Assembly: GCA_965178125.1 (NCBI GenBank)
Contig: OZ237735.1
Span: forward strand, 2,604,001-2,668,000
Direction of reading: 5' to 3'
DNA: 64,000 nt
Source: Bilabrum cf. latius
Lineage: Eukaryota
Within the stretch, counting starts at the first letter, position 1, and every line of letters begins with the position of its first letter. Shown one piece after another: positions 47,750-60,599 of this stretch. The notes beneath the pieces were generated by a model. The model ran no database searches. It saw nothing but the letters and a program-made list of their open reading frames with translations, and was not told where the DNA came from. The position numbers and the translations under genes were made by a program.

Positions 47750-50700
47750 ATGATTTTATCGTACACATTTGTTGCTGCGGCCGGCGCTCTTCTTGCTGTC
47801 CGGGCAGCGTGCCCAGTACAGCCACGAGGTGATCCCAGATTCTACAGTACGCCGACGGGCGCGACATGCTAGAACTGCTTCGATTGCGAAAGCAAGGTGT
47901 GTCGCGGTGGCTTTTGTGATCCTCCGACATGCATCGATGAGGAGCAAAACTAGCATGAGTCTGCTGTTGACTGCGGCGGAGAGTGCAGTCCATGCCCGTT
48001 GGAGTTTCCGTGCTTTTACGGCCAGGATTGCGTGACTTCGGTGTGCTGCTTAGATGCAAATCAGACGGCGTGTTTTTCAGAGAGTTGCTTCGATGGGGTT
48101 TGGAACAACGGCGAGGCAGACGTCGATTGCGGGGGCTCTTGCCTGACAGCGTGCGCGGACGGGTTCCAATGTGCTGATAGCCGAGACTGCGACTCATTCA
48201 GGTGCCGCAGCATTGATTTAGAGTACGGCGGGTCGTACTGCTAGGATAGAAGCCCTTCTGAAGACGACGATAGGCTCGTATCGGTCCTGCAGTCGTATGT
48301 CACGGTGCACAGCATCAGCAAGGCAACATTCTCGCACGAATCGTTCAAGGAGGCCGTTGGGTTCCTGATAGGTGTACCGGCTGACCACGTCACCGTGAAC
48401 GTCCTGCAAGAAATACAATAGCAGAGATCGTACGTGGACCCGCGAACCCTCTCTACTAGTCCCGTTGTGGTGGACCCCAGCACAGCAGGGTACGCCGGGG
48501 GGGTGCAGGGCTACACCTCGCAGTGCCTGCGGATGCTGGGGTCGCAAAGCAGGAGGGAACTACAAAGTAGCGAGGACACTTCATTCATGTTCGTGAGCAC
48601 GTCTAGCACGGTACAGAAGATGAAAATTAGGTTCAGCGTGTCCTGCGAGCCGTTCGAGGTGGAGCTGCTGCAAGCTCGCCTCATCAACATACTTAACGTG
48701 CGCATCGAAGTGGAATCATCAGGAGCGGTCACGCGCTGGATTGTCGACTCCATGGACGAACACGGGAACCCAATGCAGCTGGCGCGATATCTAGCTCTCG
48801 ACAACAGCTCGGTTCCTCCGTTGCCACGTGCCGTCAACGCCAGGAAGCTGACTGCACCGGTCCCGTGGCGGACATCCATCCAAGCGTCAGCCTCGATAAG
48901 CACAGGGCAGAATTGGTACAAGACAAGTTCTAGACGGGCTGCAGAGTTGCCCGGGGGAATCTCAGATATCCCCTGGCTCCCCGGAGCTGACCAGTTCGAT
49001 CTCTTGCAGCTGCTGCAGCACGCCGGACTGACCGGGGCCACAGCGGTGGACAAGTCGCAGGCCAATGAACTGGATGCCGGAACAGACGGCACAAACACTG
49101 GTATGCCTGCCTCCTCGTATTATATCCCGCACTCGATCGTGGTGGAGCGACAGCCGAACCGCAGCTAGGCCAGCCCACTGTACAACGGGCTCCCAATCCC
49201 GGTGCAACCCATCGTGTTTGTCCAGGATCGCCACGGCAGGCCCATACTCAGGTACGAAGATACGTCATAGATCCGGGTATACCTTAACGAAACGCTGTAC
49301 CCCGTTCCGGAGGACTTTTTGGAGCGGCAGAACGCCACCGAGGTGCTGGGCACGCTCGAGCAGCGGCTCGAGTACTACGCAGAGGGCAGGGCAGAGTTTC
49401 AGAACCTCATCGTTACCAAGCCCAGCGATGGCATCCGGCTGTTCTTCGAGTTTCTCACGGAGTCCACAGTGCTCAGGGATGTTGATGTGGCGGTGGGCGC
49501 GACGGACGAGTTCGAGGTGACGTACCTGGTTCCACCCGAGATAATCCCGCACCCGCGTGAGCCCTTTCCGTACTGGGCCATCATTCTCTTGTTCACCGCT
49601 GCCCTGGCTGCCATCATGGGCCTCTTGTGGTGGTTTCGTGGGGAGCTGGCTCGATGGTTTGGAATCCGGCCGATCACGGAACCCTTCCGCAAGTCGAAGA
49701 CCAAGAAGGACGCGTTCGCCTTCGCGGACAGGGAAAGGATACAGATAGAAAGCGACATCGCCGAGCCCGAATACGTTATTGCAGTGGACGATGGGGTGTC
49801 ATCAGAGGGTGGATTTGACACCCGGAGCGACGGGAGTGGCCTGCGCGCGGACGAGTCGTTGCCTGGCGGGGCCGAGTCTGTATCGGAGGGGAAGAGCCAG
49901 GCGCCAGTGGCGAGAGCAGTGCCGCCACATGGTGAGGAAAGGCGAGTTAGAGGCATAGATGGCGCGGCTGCCGAGCCGTTTGATGCGTCGATGACCTCGG
50001 ACCAGGACCGTGTAGACGTGCTACGACTCGCTGGGCTGGAGGAGGGAGGCGACACAAGTACCGCGGCGGGGCAAGACATCGCGGACGATTCCGCGGGCGT
50101 GCGAGTACAGAGCGCGGACAGCAAGGCAAGCCATGCGAAGCGAGTTGCATGGGCTGATGAGATGCACGCGGGAGCGATGGTCTCTGCAAGTGTGTCGTTG
50201 CAAGATGGCGGCGAGACCAGACAAGCTGGCATGCGGCAGGACCGTGACGGGATCGTTGCCCCAGAGAGCAGCGTAGTGTCGGGCAGTGTTGTCAGCGGAG
50301 TGCCCGGATCGCCCGATACGCATGGAGGTGGCGTGGATGGGTCCAACTCCATGCATGGGATACTCCGTAGCCAAAACCGGCCCCGGGGGCACAACGGTAG
50401 GCACGGGCTTGGCCACCGAGCGAGCGGTGGCGGCCGGCCGCGCGCCGTTGGTCGCAGTCGCCACCGCAACCCTGGCCAAAGACTGGGAGCTCGACCCATC
50501 GGGCGGGGTGTGCTGCCAGCGCAACAGGCCCCCGTGCGCAGCCTGGCACAGGTGGTCCCGGCCGACGGCAACTCGTTCGCGGGGGAAGCGATGGATGCCC
50601 TGGATGCCTCGGTTCGAGTGGCCGACGCGGAGCCCAGAGAGGCCAGAGACCGCCTGGAGATACACGCGCCGACGCCTGCAGCGAGGGCAGCCAGCGATGA

Positions 50701-51046
50701 AGCCAAGGTCGGCGTGAAGACGGCCACAGAACGCGTGAGAGAGGCTCGGCATGCCTGCCAGTGGTGTCTGGAGGCCTGCTTCCGGGTCCTACAGCTGAAC
50801 CAGGTGGCCGACTCTGTGGCGGTCGACCCGGACTGGGACCAGCCGCCCGAGGTCCGCAAGCGCAACAGGGACGCGAGAAAGGCGGCGCGCGCTCGGCAGC
50901 TGGAAGAGAAGCTAGCAGCAGAGGAGGAGGCCCGCATCAAGGCAGAAGAGGAGTTCCTGTCGGACAGTGAAGACGATCGAGACGAGGAAAAGGATGAGGA
51001 CGAGGAAGAGGAGGAAGAGGAAGAGGAAGGGGGTCCGGGTCAATAA
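47750..51046 (+). CDS. Type I membrane protein with N-terminal Cys-rich ExxVDCGG repeats and acidic tail
   Basis: Signal peptide MILSYTFVAAAGALLAVRA; CIDEEQN(TAG)HESAVDCGGEC and CFDGVWNNGEADVDCGGSC; TM YWAIILLFTAALAAIMGLLWWF. Six in-frame TAGs; ends TAA 51044-51046. Confidence 0.75.
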
Positions 51047-51262
51047 GCGTGGCCGGCTCGACTGGCAGACCCGGGAGCCCCAGCAAGCACAATTACAAGA
51101 GTTGCGCAGCAGTGAATTCACGTCAACAGATGCGCGCTGTGCCTCCAATCGCATGTGACTTGCAATCTAGAACATGTATCAACGCCCAGCAAGGAAGCTA
51201 GTCAGCAGCCAATGCGCCTACTTACAGGCAACGCGTGGTCCGCAGTCACGATCCCTGATCGA

Positions 51263-52933
51263 TCATGTCGCCACGTGCAGCCAAGCCTTGCGCAGCAGCC
51301 CCCTCTGCTGCCAAGCGGGCAGCCCCTCGAACTCGTCTCGATTCCTTTCAAAGACTCTCTGAAACTCACCGTCGGACAGCGCGGCGTGCGGCTGCTGCGC
51401 GCACGCACCGAGGCGGCCAAGCTGCTTGCTGCGAACGACCTCTCGCACGGCCTCATATGCCGCGGGTAGGGCCAGGGGGGCCGAGGCAGAGCCCGCCCGG
51501 TCGCTGGGCGGGGGAGGCAGCCCGGCCCCACTGCCGCCTGGAGGGGGCGGGGGCAAGGAGGGGCCACCGCCCTGCACTGGCGGGGGCGGGGCTCCGGATC
51601 CGCCTGCACCTGCACCCGCACCCGCACCAGAACCGGGCCCCGTCGCCGGGGGTGGCGGAGTTCCGTTGGCCACCGCGCTCCCTCGGCTCGGTGGGGGGGG
51701 GGCCTTGGATCTCCCCTGAGGCGGCGGCGGGGGCACGCCGTTACCGCCAGGTGGTGAAGACCCGCCCTAGTCTGGAGCAGAAGGTGGTCCGGGCTAGGGC
51801 GAGCCAGCCGATGGTGGAGGACCCGGTGTGCTAGCTGGCGCTGGGGCGGGAGCGGGGGCTGGTTCGGGTGCTACCTTGGGAGCAGGTGCAGGTGCAGGTG
51901 CAGGTGCAGGTGCAGGTGCAGGTGCAGGTGCAGGTGCAGGCGCAGGTGCAGGCGCAGGCGCAGGTGCTGGTGCTGGTACTGGGGTCCCGTTGCTCCGGTT
52001 AGCCTCTCTCGCTCGTTTCTTGGCCTCTTGCTCCTCGAGCCACTCGTCAAATGTGGGGACGGTGTCCCCACTGCCCGCCTCTTCCAGCCGCTTGCAGTGC
52101 CGCTGCCATTGCGCCTCTTTTGTTTTTCTCTCGATTTCGCGCTTTGCAGCGGCTCGCTTTTCTTCTTCCTCTTTCTGCTTGGCCTCTCGTGCAAGCCGCC
52201 TTCGCTTTTCCGACTCCGACTCTGCGTACTCGCCAGTGTCCGCGCCTGCGCCGGAGGCAGCACCGCCTCTACCACCCAATCCGCCCCCACGACCTCTACC
52301 ACGGCCCCGGCCTCGGCCTCTACCTCTACCACCTAATGCTCCTCGCTTCGCGCGAGCAATTCCACCTGCGATCGAGTCAAAGCGATGCGCAGCGCGCAAC
52401 TCCTTATGGGCAATCTGTCACGATTTGCAGGCAAGAATCGGACGCTAAACTCACTTCTCATCATTTGCTTTACTTTGCCATCAATTTTCGTCTGCTCCTC
52501 CCCAAGCGAAACGGCAACTGATTTGCGCTCGTCTTGCAGAGAAGCAAGCTTCTTCTCGAGTTTTTCATCCTTAACGCCAAGCTTAGCTACCCTATCAATC
52601 TAGGCTGCGAACAGTAAAAATGGCCAAGCTGTCTTTGCTTAATGGGACAGATGGACTCAAAACCTTGAGATCTGCGCCGCGACTTGTATCGCACGCTCGC
52701 TTGGACCGCGCGGCATGTTCAGTGGAGAGTGGTTGGGCCCGACGGACCGGCTCAATCACATCGAAACTCCATTGTATTCATCCAGTAGGTTTAGCCTTAG
52801 CAGCCGCAGTAACGCGCTCACCCTGCACCTTCTATATCTCCTTTTGGCGCTTCTCTTCCTCCTTCGCCTTAGCTTCCATCATTTTTTGAATGGGATTGCT
52901 ATCAGCATTAAATCTGCTCTATCCCATTGCCAT
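51263..52933 (-). CDS. Proline-rich coiled-coil protein with C-terminal villin-headpiece-like domain
   Basis: LSDGEFQRVFERNRDEFEGLPAWQQRGLLRKAWL resembles villin headpiece; polyPro, (PA)n and RG tracts. TAG at 51767 and 51794; TGA at 51263. The 5' exons (introns about 52473-52415 and 52821-52605) are tentative. Confidence 0.65.
51882..51978. repeat. Hexamer coding microsatellite (gcaggt)n encoding (Pro-Ala)n
   Basis: Directly visible. Confidence 0.9.
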
Positions 52934-53094
52934 GATTATTACGCGAAGCAGAGAAGCGCTGCAGCACTTGAAACAAAACTATAATCTACGAGCAGCAGGA
53001 ACGCTACGGCGCCGCGCAACAAGTGTGGTTCCGCTGGAGAGTTTGGTGGGCAGACTGTTGGTGGGCAACTTACGAGAAGTGTACCCAAACTAAA

Positions 53095-54317
53095 TCATTT
53101 GCTAGATGCACCGCTGCCGGCACCACCAGTAGCAGCCCCTCCTTCCCCCGACGACGCGCCCTCCCCGCCGAGAAGCAGCGACAGGAGCGCCATCCTCGTG
53201 TACAGCCCGTACCTCATCTGCCTGAAGTAGGCCGCCCGCGGGTCCGAATCCACCTCTTCCAGGATCTCGCCCACCCTTGGCAGCGGGTGCATCAGCACGC
53301 AATCCTCCTTGGCCTTGCTCATGGTCGCGGCATCCACGACGTAGGACCCCTGCGCCGCGAGGTACTCTGCCTCGCTGCCGAATCGCTCCCGCTGCACACG
53401 AGTGACGTACACCACGTCAGCGGAACCGATGCACTCCGCAAGGGATGGGGCCACGGAGCACTTGCTCCCCTTGGCCCTCGCTGCCTCGAGCACCTCCTCG
53501 GGCATTCCGAGTCCCTCGGGCGACACGCACACGATGCTCGCTCCAAACGGGGCGAGCAGCTTTGCAAGCGAGTGCACGGTGCGGCCGTGCTTCAAATCGC
53601 CGACCATGGCGATCGTGAGGCCCTTCAGGCAACTAGCCACTGCATCCTTGCCCCCGCCGGCCTTCCTCTCCGCGCATACGGTCACTAGGTCCAAGAGCGC
53701 CTGCGTGGGATGCTCGCCCGAGCCGTCCCCGGCGTTCAGCACCGGAACATCGACGGCGCTCGCTGCTTCCACGGCACTTCCCTTGGCAGGATGCCGGAGC
53801 ACGATTGCATCGCAATAGCATTCCATGGTTTTCATCGTGTCTCCCAGGGTTTCTCCCTTCTTAACCGAGGAAGACGAAGCACTCACCGGAACGACTGCTC
53901 CGCCAAGACGCAGCATGGCAGCATGGAAAGAGCACGAAGTTCGTGTGCTTGCTTCATAGAATACATTGGCAAGTATCTGCGTGGATGAGGTAAAATAGCG
54001 CCACAGGTACAACTTAGGTGAAGCTGCGATCGAATCGGCGCTCGAGCCTGCTAACTGCAACTCCTACCTTGGACTTCAGAATCTCGCACCTGCCACGAGT
54101 CTCTACGATATCTTTCATTTTCATCGCAGTCATCCATACAAGCCTGTGCGTGATGCGGGCTGAGAGGTGCATCCAGCGGCCGTTACCTTCTCTCGTGAAC
54201 CAGCGAGTTGCATCAGCAGCACTTCACTCACTCAAGAGCAGGGCCTGAAAACTAATCGACGGAGACAATGCTCTGTCCGCACCAATCACCTACATTTGAA
54301 CCTATATCCTGAGCCAT
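53095..54317 (-). CDS. pyrB: Aspartate carbamoyltransferase (stand-alone ATCase)
   Basis: FYEASTRT, KKGETLGDT, LNAGDGSGEHPTQALLD, VGDLKHGRTVHSL, YVTRVQRERF, MHPLPR, AAYFRQM. Intron 54067-53977; TGA at 53095. The exact start is uncertain. Confidence 0.93.
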
Positions 54318-54790
54318 GTTCGAATCGAGTGCAGAAATCCAGACTTGTGGGGCAAGATTCGCACGCAGGCCGCATGCCAGTCCAGACCGGAAGTCCGTAT
54401 TTGAACAGGCTCAAGGCTGTTGTTTGACACTCCTGTTGAGGACCAATAGATATTTTCCCACAAACGACTAGAAGTGAGCAATCCTATTACAGTGTGCTTC
54501 CAGTGCTGCGGGTACCCAGGTTGAAATTTCGTCGGGTTCTGCCATCATGAGGGAATTCGACGCTTACGCAACTTGAGGTATAGTCGCCGGTTGCCGAGCC
54601 GCAAGTGGCTTCCAAGCGAGCTATTCATTATATGCAGCCTATTTTATTGCTAGAGAAACGGTGGACCCGCTCTCAGCTCCCCGACTTACGTCCCTCTGAC
54701 CAAGGGAACTCAAGGCTCAAGCTGCACGCGCACGCATTGGCTCAGTATCCCCGGTTAAGCATCCAACCCTGCTTTCAGCTTTGGCGCAGG
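54318..54790. promoter_or_regulatory. Probable bidirectional promoter region between ATCase and CPSase
   Basis: Positional inference only: a relatively AT-rich ~470-bp gap between divergent starts. Confidence 0.4.
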
Positions 54791-57700
54791 ATGTCCTCAT
54801 CCAGTAAATCTTCAGGCGGTGCAGGCGCTGGCAGGCTGCCGGGCTCCGGGCGAAAACGCAAGGCTGGCGAAATGCAACCTGCCATCCCAGATCCCGCGAG
54901 GCTACTCGAGGATCCCAAGGACAGCAGGGGCAAATTGGTGATGAAAAATGGTAAGAGAGATATGCTAGGCTACGTCGGCTTGCGTGTGTACCAGCAAACC
55001 CGCGAAATACATTATGCAAGCGAAGTCGACACCAGCTGATGCAATTGTGTGTCACGGCCTGCCCGCCCGTTTGCGTTCCTCGCAGGCAAGACGATCGAAG
55101 GATTCAGCTTTGGTGCTCGCAAACCCATGGCTGGCGAGGTTGTGTTCAACACCGGCATGGTCGGTTACCCCGAGGCGCTGACGGACCCGTCGTACCGCGG
55201 GCAGATCCTCGTGCTCACCTACCCGCTCGTGGGCAACTACGGCGTGCCCGACCGCGAGGTCAAGGACGAGTACGGCCTTCCTAAGTTCTTCGAGAGCAAG
55301 GAGGTGCATATCTCTGGCCTCATCGTCTCCAGCTACACGGGTGAGAGGGGCACCGGTCCTGTGCAGTGCAATGCAGTTCAATGCATCCTGGTGCCGCCTG
55401 GCACATGCCCCCGTTGGCAGCATGCATGCAAGCATCCTTTCCCCCCCCCTTTCACTTCCCCACAACCCGCCCGCAGAGGATTTCTCCCACTGGAACGCCA
55501 CCTCCTCGCTGGGCCGCTGGCTGCAGGAATCGGGCATCCCAGCCCTGCACGGCGTAGACACGAGGGAGCTCACCAAGGGGCTCCGGGAGGAGGGATCCAC
55601 CCTCGGCAAGATCGTCTTCCCCAAGCTGGACGTGCCCTTCTCTGACCCTAACCGGCGCAACCTCGTGGCCGAGGTATCCTGCAAGGAGCCCATGGTCTTC
55701 AACAAGGGGGCCTCGCCCAAGATCGTCGCCTTCGACTGCGGCATCAAGTACAACATCATCCGGTACATCGCCAGGAAGGGCGTCGAGCTCACCGGTGAGT
55801 CCATGCTTGGCAACCCCGGGGATGGACGCTGCTTTCTTGCACCGCGATGAAAGCGAGCTCACTGCATGTTGCTGACCCCGCCCATGCCATGTTCACTTCT
55901 CCTAGTGCTCACTCTCTGTCTCTTCTCCCCCTTTTGTTGTCGTGCCCTTCACATCGCAGTGGTGCCCTACGACCACGACCTCAGCAAAGACCCCGTCAAG
56001 TACGACGGCGTGTTCGTGTCCAACGGGCCGGGTGACCCCGCCATGGCCTCCTCTGTGATCGTGCAGCTGAGGCGCATCCTGCGGAGATACGGCCTCACCG
56101 TGCCGGAGGACTCGCAGCTCCCGCGGTTCTCGGAGCGCCCCGAGGAAGGCGACGCGGCAGCGGCGAAGGGGACCGCGGGCAAGAGCGGGCAGGCCTTGAT
56201 GGAGGACGGAGAGGCGGCCACGGGCGGCGCCGCATCTGCGGCCAAGTCTTCCTCGTCATCGTCTTCGGCGGCGTCTTCTTCTTCCTCGTCTTCTGCCGCT
56301 GCTGCCGCGCCGGTCGTGGACTCGTCTGCTCCGCCGATCTTCGGCATCTGCCTGGGTAACCAGCTGCTGGCCCTGGCTGCAGGCGCCAAGACGTACAAGA
56401 TGAAGTACGGCAACCGCGGCATGAACCAGCCCTGCGTCGACATGCGCACCACGCGCTGCTACATCACCCCGCAGAACCACGGGTTCGCAGTGGACAGCGA
56501 GTCGCTGCCCGACGGGTGGCGCACGTTCTTTTTGAACGCGAACGACCACACCAACGAGGGCATCATCCACACGACGGCCCCAGTCAGCTCGGTGCAGTTC
56601 CACCCCGAGTCCAGCGGAGGTCCCCTCGACACGGACTTTCTGTTCGACATGTTCCTGGAGCAGGTCAAGGGAAGCCCTCCGGCCATTTCAACCGTGGAGC
56701 CCTCGCACTACCTAACTGGGCGCGGGAAGGTGCGCAAGGTGCTCATCCTGGGCTCCGGCGGGCTGTCCATCGGGCAGGCGGGCGAGTTCGACTACAGCGG
56801 CTCCCAGGCCATCAAGGCCCTCAAGGAGGAGAACATCCAGACCGTGCTGGTCAACCCGAACATCGCCACGGTGCAGACCTCCAAGGGGTTGGCTGACCGG
56901 GTGTACTTCCTGCCCGTGACCTCGGGCTTCGTCCTGGACATCATCAAGAAGGAGAGGCCCGACGCGATCCTCATCTCGATGGGCGGACAGACCGCACTCA
57001 ACGTGGGCGTGGAGCTCCACGACTCCGGGGCGCTGGCCAAGTACGGCGTGCGGGTGCTGGGCACGTCGATCGACACGATCAAGGCCACGGAGGACAGGGA
57101 GATCTTCGCGGCCAAGCTGGCGGAGATCGACGAGTCCATCGCCAAGTCGTTCCCCGCCACCTCGGTCGATGAGGCCGTGGAGGCGGCAGCCAAGATCGGA
57201 TACCCTGTGCTGGTGCGGGCGGCGTTCGCGCTGGGCGGGCTGGGGTCCGGTTTCGCCGACAACGAGGAGCAGCTCCGCGAGCTGGCTACCAAGGCCTTCG
57301 CCTCATCCTCGCAGATCCTGATCGACATGGACCTGAGGGGCTGGAAGGAGGTGGAGTACGAGGTGGTGCGCGACCGGATGGACAACTGCATCACGGTGTG
57401 CAACATGGAGAATTTCGACCCTCTGGGCGTGCACACGGGCGATAGCATCGTGGTGGCGCCGTCGCAGACACTGTCTAACTCGGAGTACTTCATGCTCCGC
57501 AAGACTGCCCTCAAGGTGGTCAGGCACCTTGGCGTGGTGGGCGAATGCAACATCCAGTACGCGCTCAACCCCAAGAGCGAGCAGTACTGCATCATCGAGG
57601 TGAACGCGCGGCTCTCGCGATCGTCTGCACTGGCCTCCAAGGCCACGGGGTACCCGCTGGCCTACGTGGCAGCCAAGCTGGCCCTGGGCGTGGACCTCGT

Positions 57701-60395
57701 GTCACTCCGAAACTCGATCACCAAGAGCACCACTGCATGCTTTGAGCCCAGCCTCGACTACTGCGTGGTGAAGGTGCCCCGGTGGGACCTCAAGAAGTTC
57801 AACCGAGTGTCAACCAACATCGGGAGCAGCATGAAGAGCGTGGGCGAAGTCATGAGCATCGCAAGGTCCTTCGAGGAGGCGCTGCAGAAGGCTGTCCGCA
57901 TGGTGAACCCCGCACTCGCGGGCTTCGAGGCCAGGCGCAAGACTTCTTCCCCTTCCGATGGCGGCAGCGCCTCGGCCGCTGTGAAATTTGCGGAAGGCAC
58001 CAAGTCCCCCGGCGAGCCCGGCGCCCTGCCCATGAGCCCGGCCCGGAACGGGGCCTCTTCGGTGCTGCCCCTGGCCAGCGCTGCCATGGACGGAGAGGGC
58101 CCCGACGGGCTCAAGCTCCCCACGGCTGCTAGCTCGGCTGCTAGCTCGGCTGCTGCTGCGTCGGGCAAGTCTATGCCTGCGAGGCGCAGGCAGCGGAGTG
58201 CCAGTACCGCCGAGGCCACGGCCATGGCAGGCGGGGACGCCTCCACCGACCTGCCCGCTGCGCACGCGCGCCCCGCTGCTAGCGGTGCCGGTGCGGACGC
58301 CCACCCCGTGTCGGGCAAGGGCCCTCGCGGGGACGGCTCTCGCAGCGCCAAGAAGAGGCGCAAGGCCGGTGGATCGGGCAAGCCCGGCGAGCTGGACGCG
58401 GCCGAGTACAGCGACGACGAGCTGAGCCACCGGCTGCAGAAGCCGCACCACACGCGCCTGCTTGAGATCGCCGAGGCCCTCGAGCGCGGGTGGACCGTGG
58501 ACCGCATCCACGACCTCACCCGGATCGACCCATTCTTCCTGCGCAAGCTGGCCACCATCGCAGACATGGGCAAGACCATCGAGGCCCACGGCAACGTGTC
58601 CACCCTGCCGGAGCACTCCATGAAAGAGCTCAAGCGGGTCGGCTTCTCGGACCTTCAGATCGCTCGCCGCATGGGCTGCGACGAGTTCGCGGTGCGCCGC
58701 CGCCGCAAGGAGATGGGCATCGTGCCTGCCGTCAAGCAGATCGACACGCTGGCCGCCGAATTCCCGGCGCAGACCAACTACTTGTACATGACCTATGGCG
58801 GAGACCACGACGACGTGGAGCCCACCAACGCGGGAGCGGTGGTGCTGGGCAGCGGTGCCTACTGCATCGGCTCGAGCGTCGAGTTCGACTGGTGCGCCGT
58901 GTCGTGCATCCGCACCCTGAGGCAGGCTGGCAACCCCGCCATCGTGGTGAACTACAACCCCGAGACCGTCAGCACGGACTACGACGAGAGCGACCGGCTG
59001 TACTTTGAGGAGCTGTCCCTGGAGAGGGTGATGGACATCTACGAGCGGGAGCAGCCCGGTGGGGTGATCGTGAGCGTGGGCGGGCAGATCCCCAACAACC
59101 TGGCGCTGCCGCTGCACAAGCAGGGCGTCAACGTGCTGGGCACCAACCCAATGATGATCGACCGCGCCGAGGACCGCTTCAAGTTCAGCCAGCTGCTGGA
59201 CGACCTCGGAGTGGACCAGCCCAGGTGGAAGGAGACCACCCGCGTGGAGGAGGTGCTCTCCTTCGTGGAGGAGGTGGGCTACCCCGTCATCGTGCGACCC
59301 TCCTACGTGCTCTCTGGCGCTGCCATGCGCGTGGCCGAGGACGAGCCGGCGCTGCGGGCTTGCCTGGAGGACGCCGTGGACGTGTCGCCCGAGTACCCAG
59401 TGGTGGTGAGCAAGTTCGTGCTCAACGCCAAGGAGGTGGAGTTCGACGCGGTGGCGAGCCGGGGGCACATCCTCAACTACGCTATCTCGGAGCACGTCGA
59501 GAACGCGGGCGTGCACTCTGGCGACGCGACCCTGGTGCTGCCGGCCCAGAAGCTGTACGTGGAGACGATCCGGCAGGTGAAGCGCATCTCCCAGTCGATC
59601 GCCAAGGCGCTGAATATCACCGGCCCGTTCAACATTCAGTTCATCAGCAAGGACAACGAGGTAAAGGTGATCGAGTGCAACCTGCGTGCGTCGAGGACGT
59701 TCCCCTTCATCAGCAAGACCTTCGACTTCAACTTCATCTCGCTGGCCACCAAGGCCATGGCGGGGCTGCCGCTGAAGCCTGGCGTCTTCTCCCTGGTGGA
59801 TCTGGACTACGTGGGGGTCAAGGCTCCCATGTTCTCCTTCACTCGGCTGCAGGGAGCGGACCCCACTCTGGGCGTGGAGATGATGTCTACCGGTGAGGTG
59901 GCGTGCTTCGGGCAGGACCTGCACGAGGCCTTCCTGAAGGCGCTGCTGTCGACAGGCTTCAAGCTGCCCAAGGCGAACAGCTCGGTGCTGTTGTCCTTCG
60001 GTGACGCCGAGAAGAAGCACCTGATTGAGGCCGCTGGAGTTCTCGAGAAGCTCGGCTTCTCCCTGTTTGCCACTGAGGGGACGCACAAGAGGATGGCGGA
60101 GGCCGGAGTGAAGAGTGAGATCCTGTACAAACCATCGTCGGGCAAGGAGCCCTCTGTGGTCACCGCCCTGGAGCAAGGCAAGATCTCGCTGGTCATCAAC
60201 GACCCGAACGCGGGTGACCGACAGGGCACCACCGACGGGTACGTCATCCGCCGTACCGCCGTGGACTTTGGTGTGAGCCTAATCACCAACTTTAAGTGCG
60301 CCGTGCTCTTCGCGAACGCATTGGCCAAGATCCGGTCGTTCCCCATCAAGCACGTGGACGAGTATTACACCCTGGGCCACCTTGCCGAAACATGA
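54791..60395 (+). CDS. Glutamine-dependent carbamoyl-phosphate synthetase (fused GATase and synthetase, CPS II type), ~1,720 aa
   Basis: [36 protein letters not shown] (catalytic Cys), [30 protein letters not shown], and a C-terminal MGS-like domain. Introns 54951-55085, 55341-55476 and 55795-55959; TGA 60393-60395; no TAG. Confidence 0.97.
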
Positions 60396-60599
60396 GTGCG
60401 GACGGAGCAAGTGCTCTGTTTGGGGTGCGCCCCTGAAGAGCTGAGGTTATCTAATTGAACCAGTGTAATTTGATTGATCTGGATGACACCTAATTTTAGT
60501 ATCCGATTGATGTCCAAAATTTATTAATCACTCTATCTTTTACATAATTTGGATTGTCAAGTGTAATAGGCGGGTTGCTACAGCAGACGCATCCAGAAA

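Noticed and set aside
54490-54620. tRNA-like sequence (possible suppressor tRNA)
   Set aside because: No cloverleaf or proper T-loop. I found no tRNA gene in this window.
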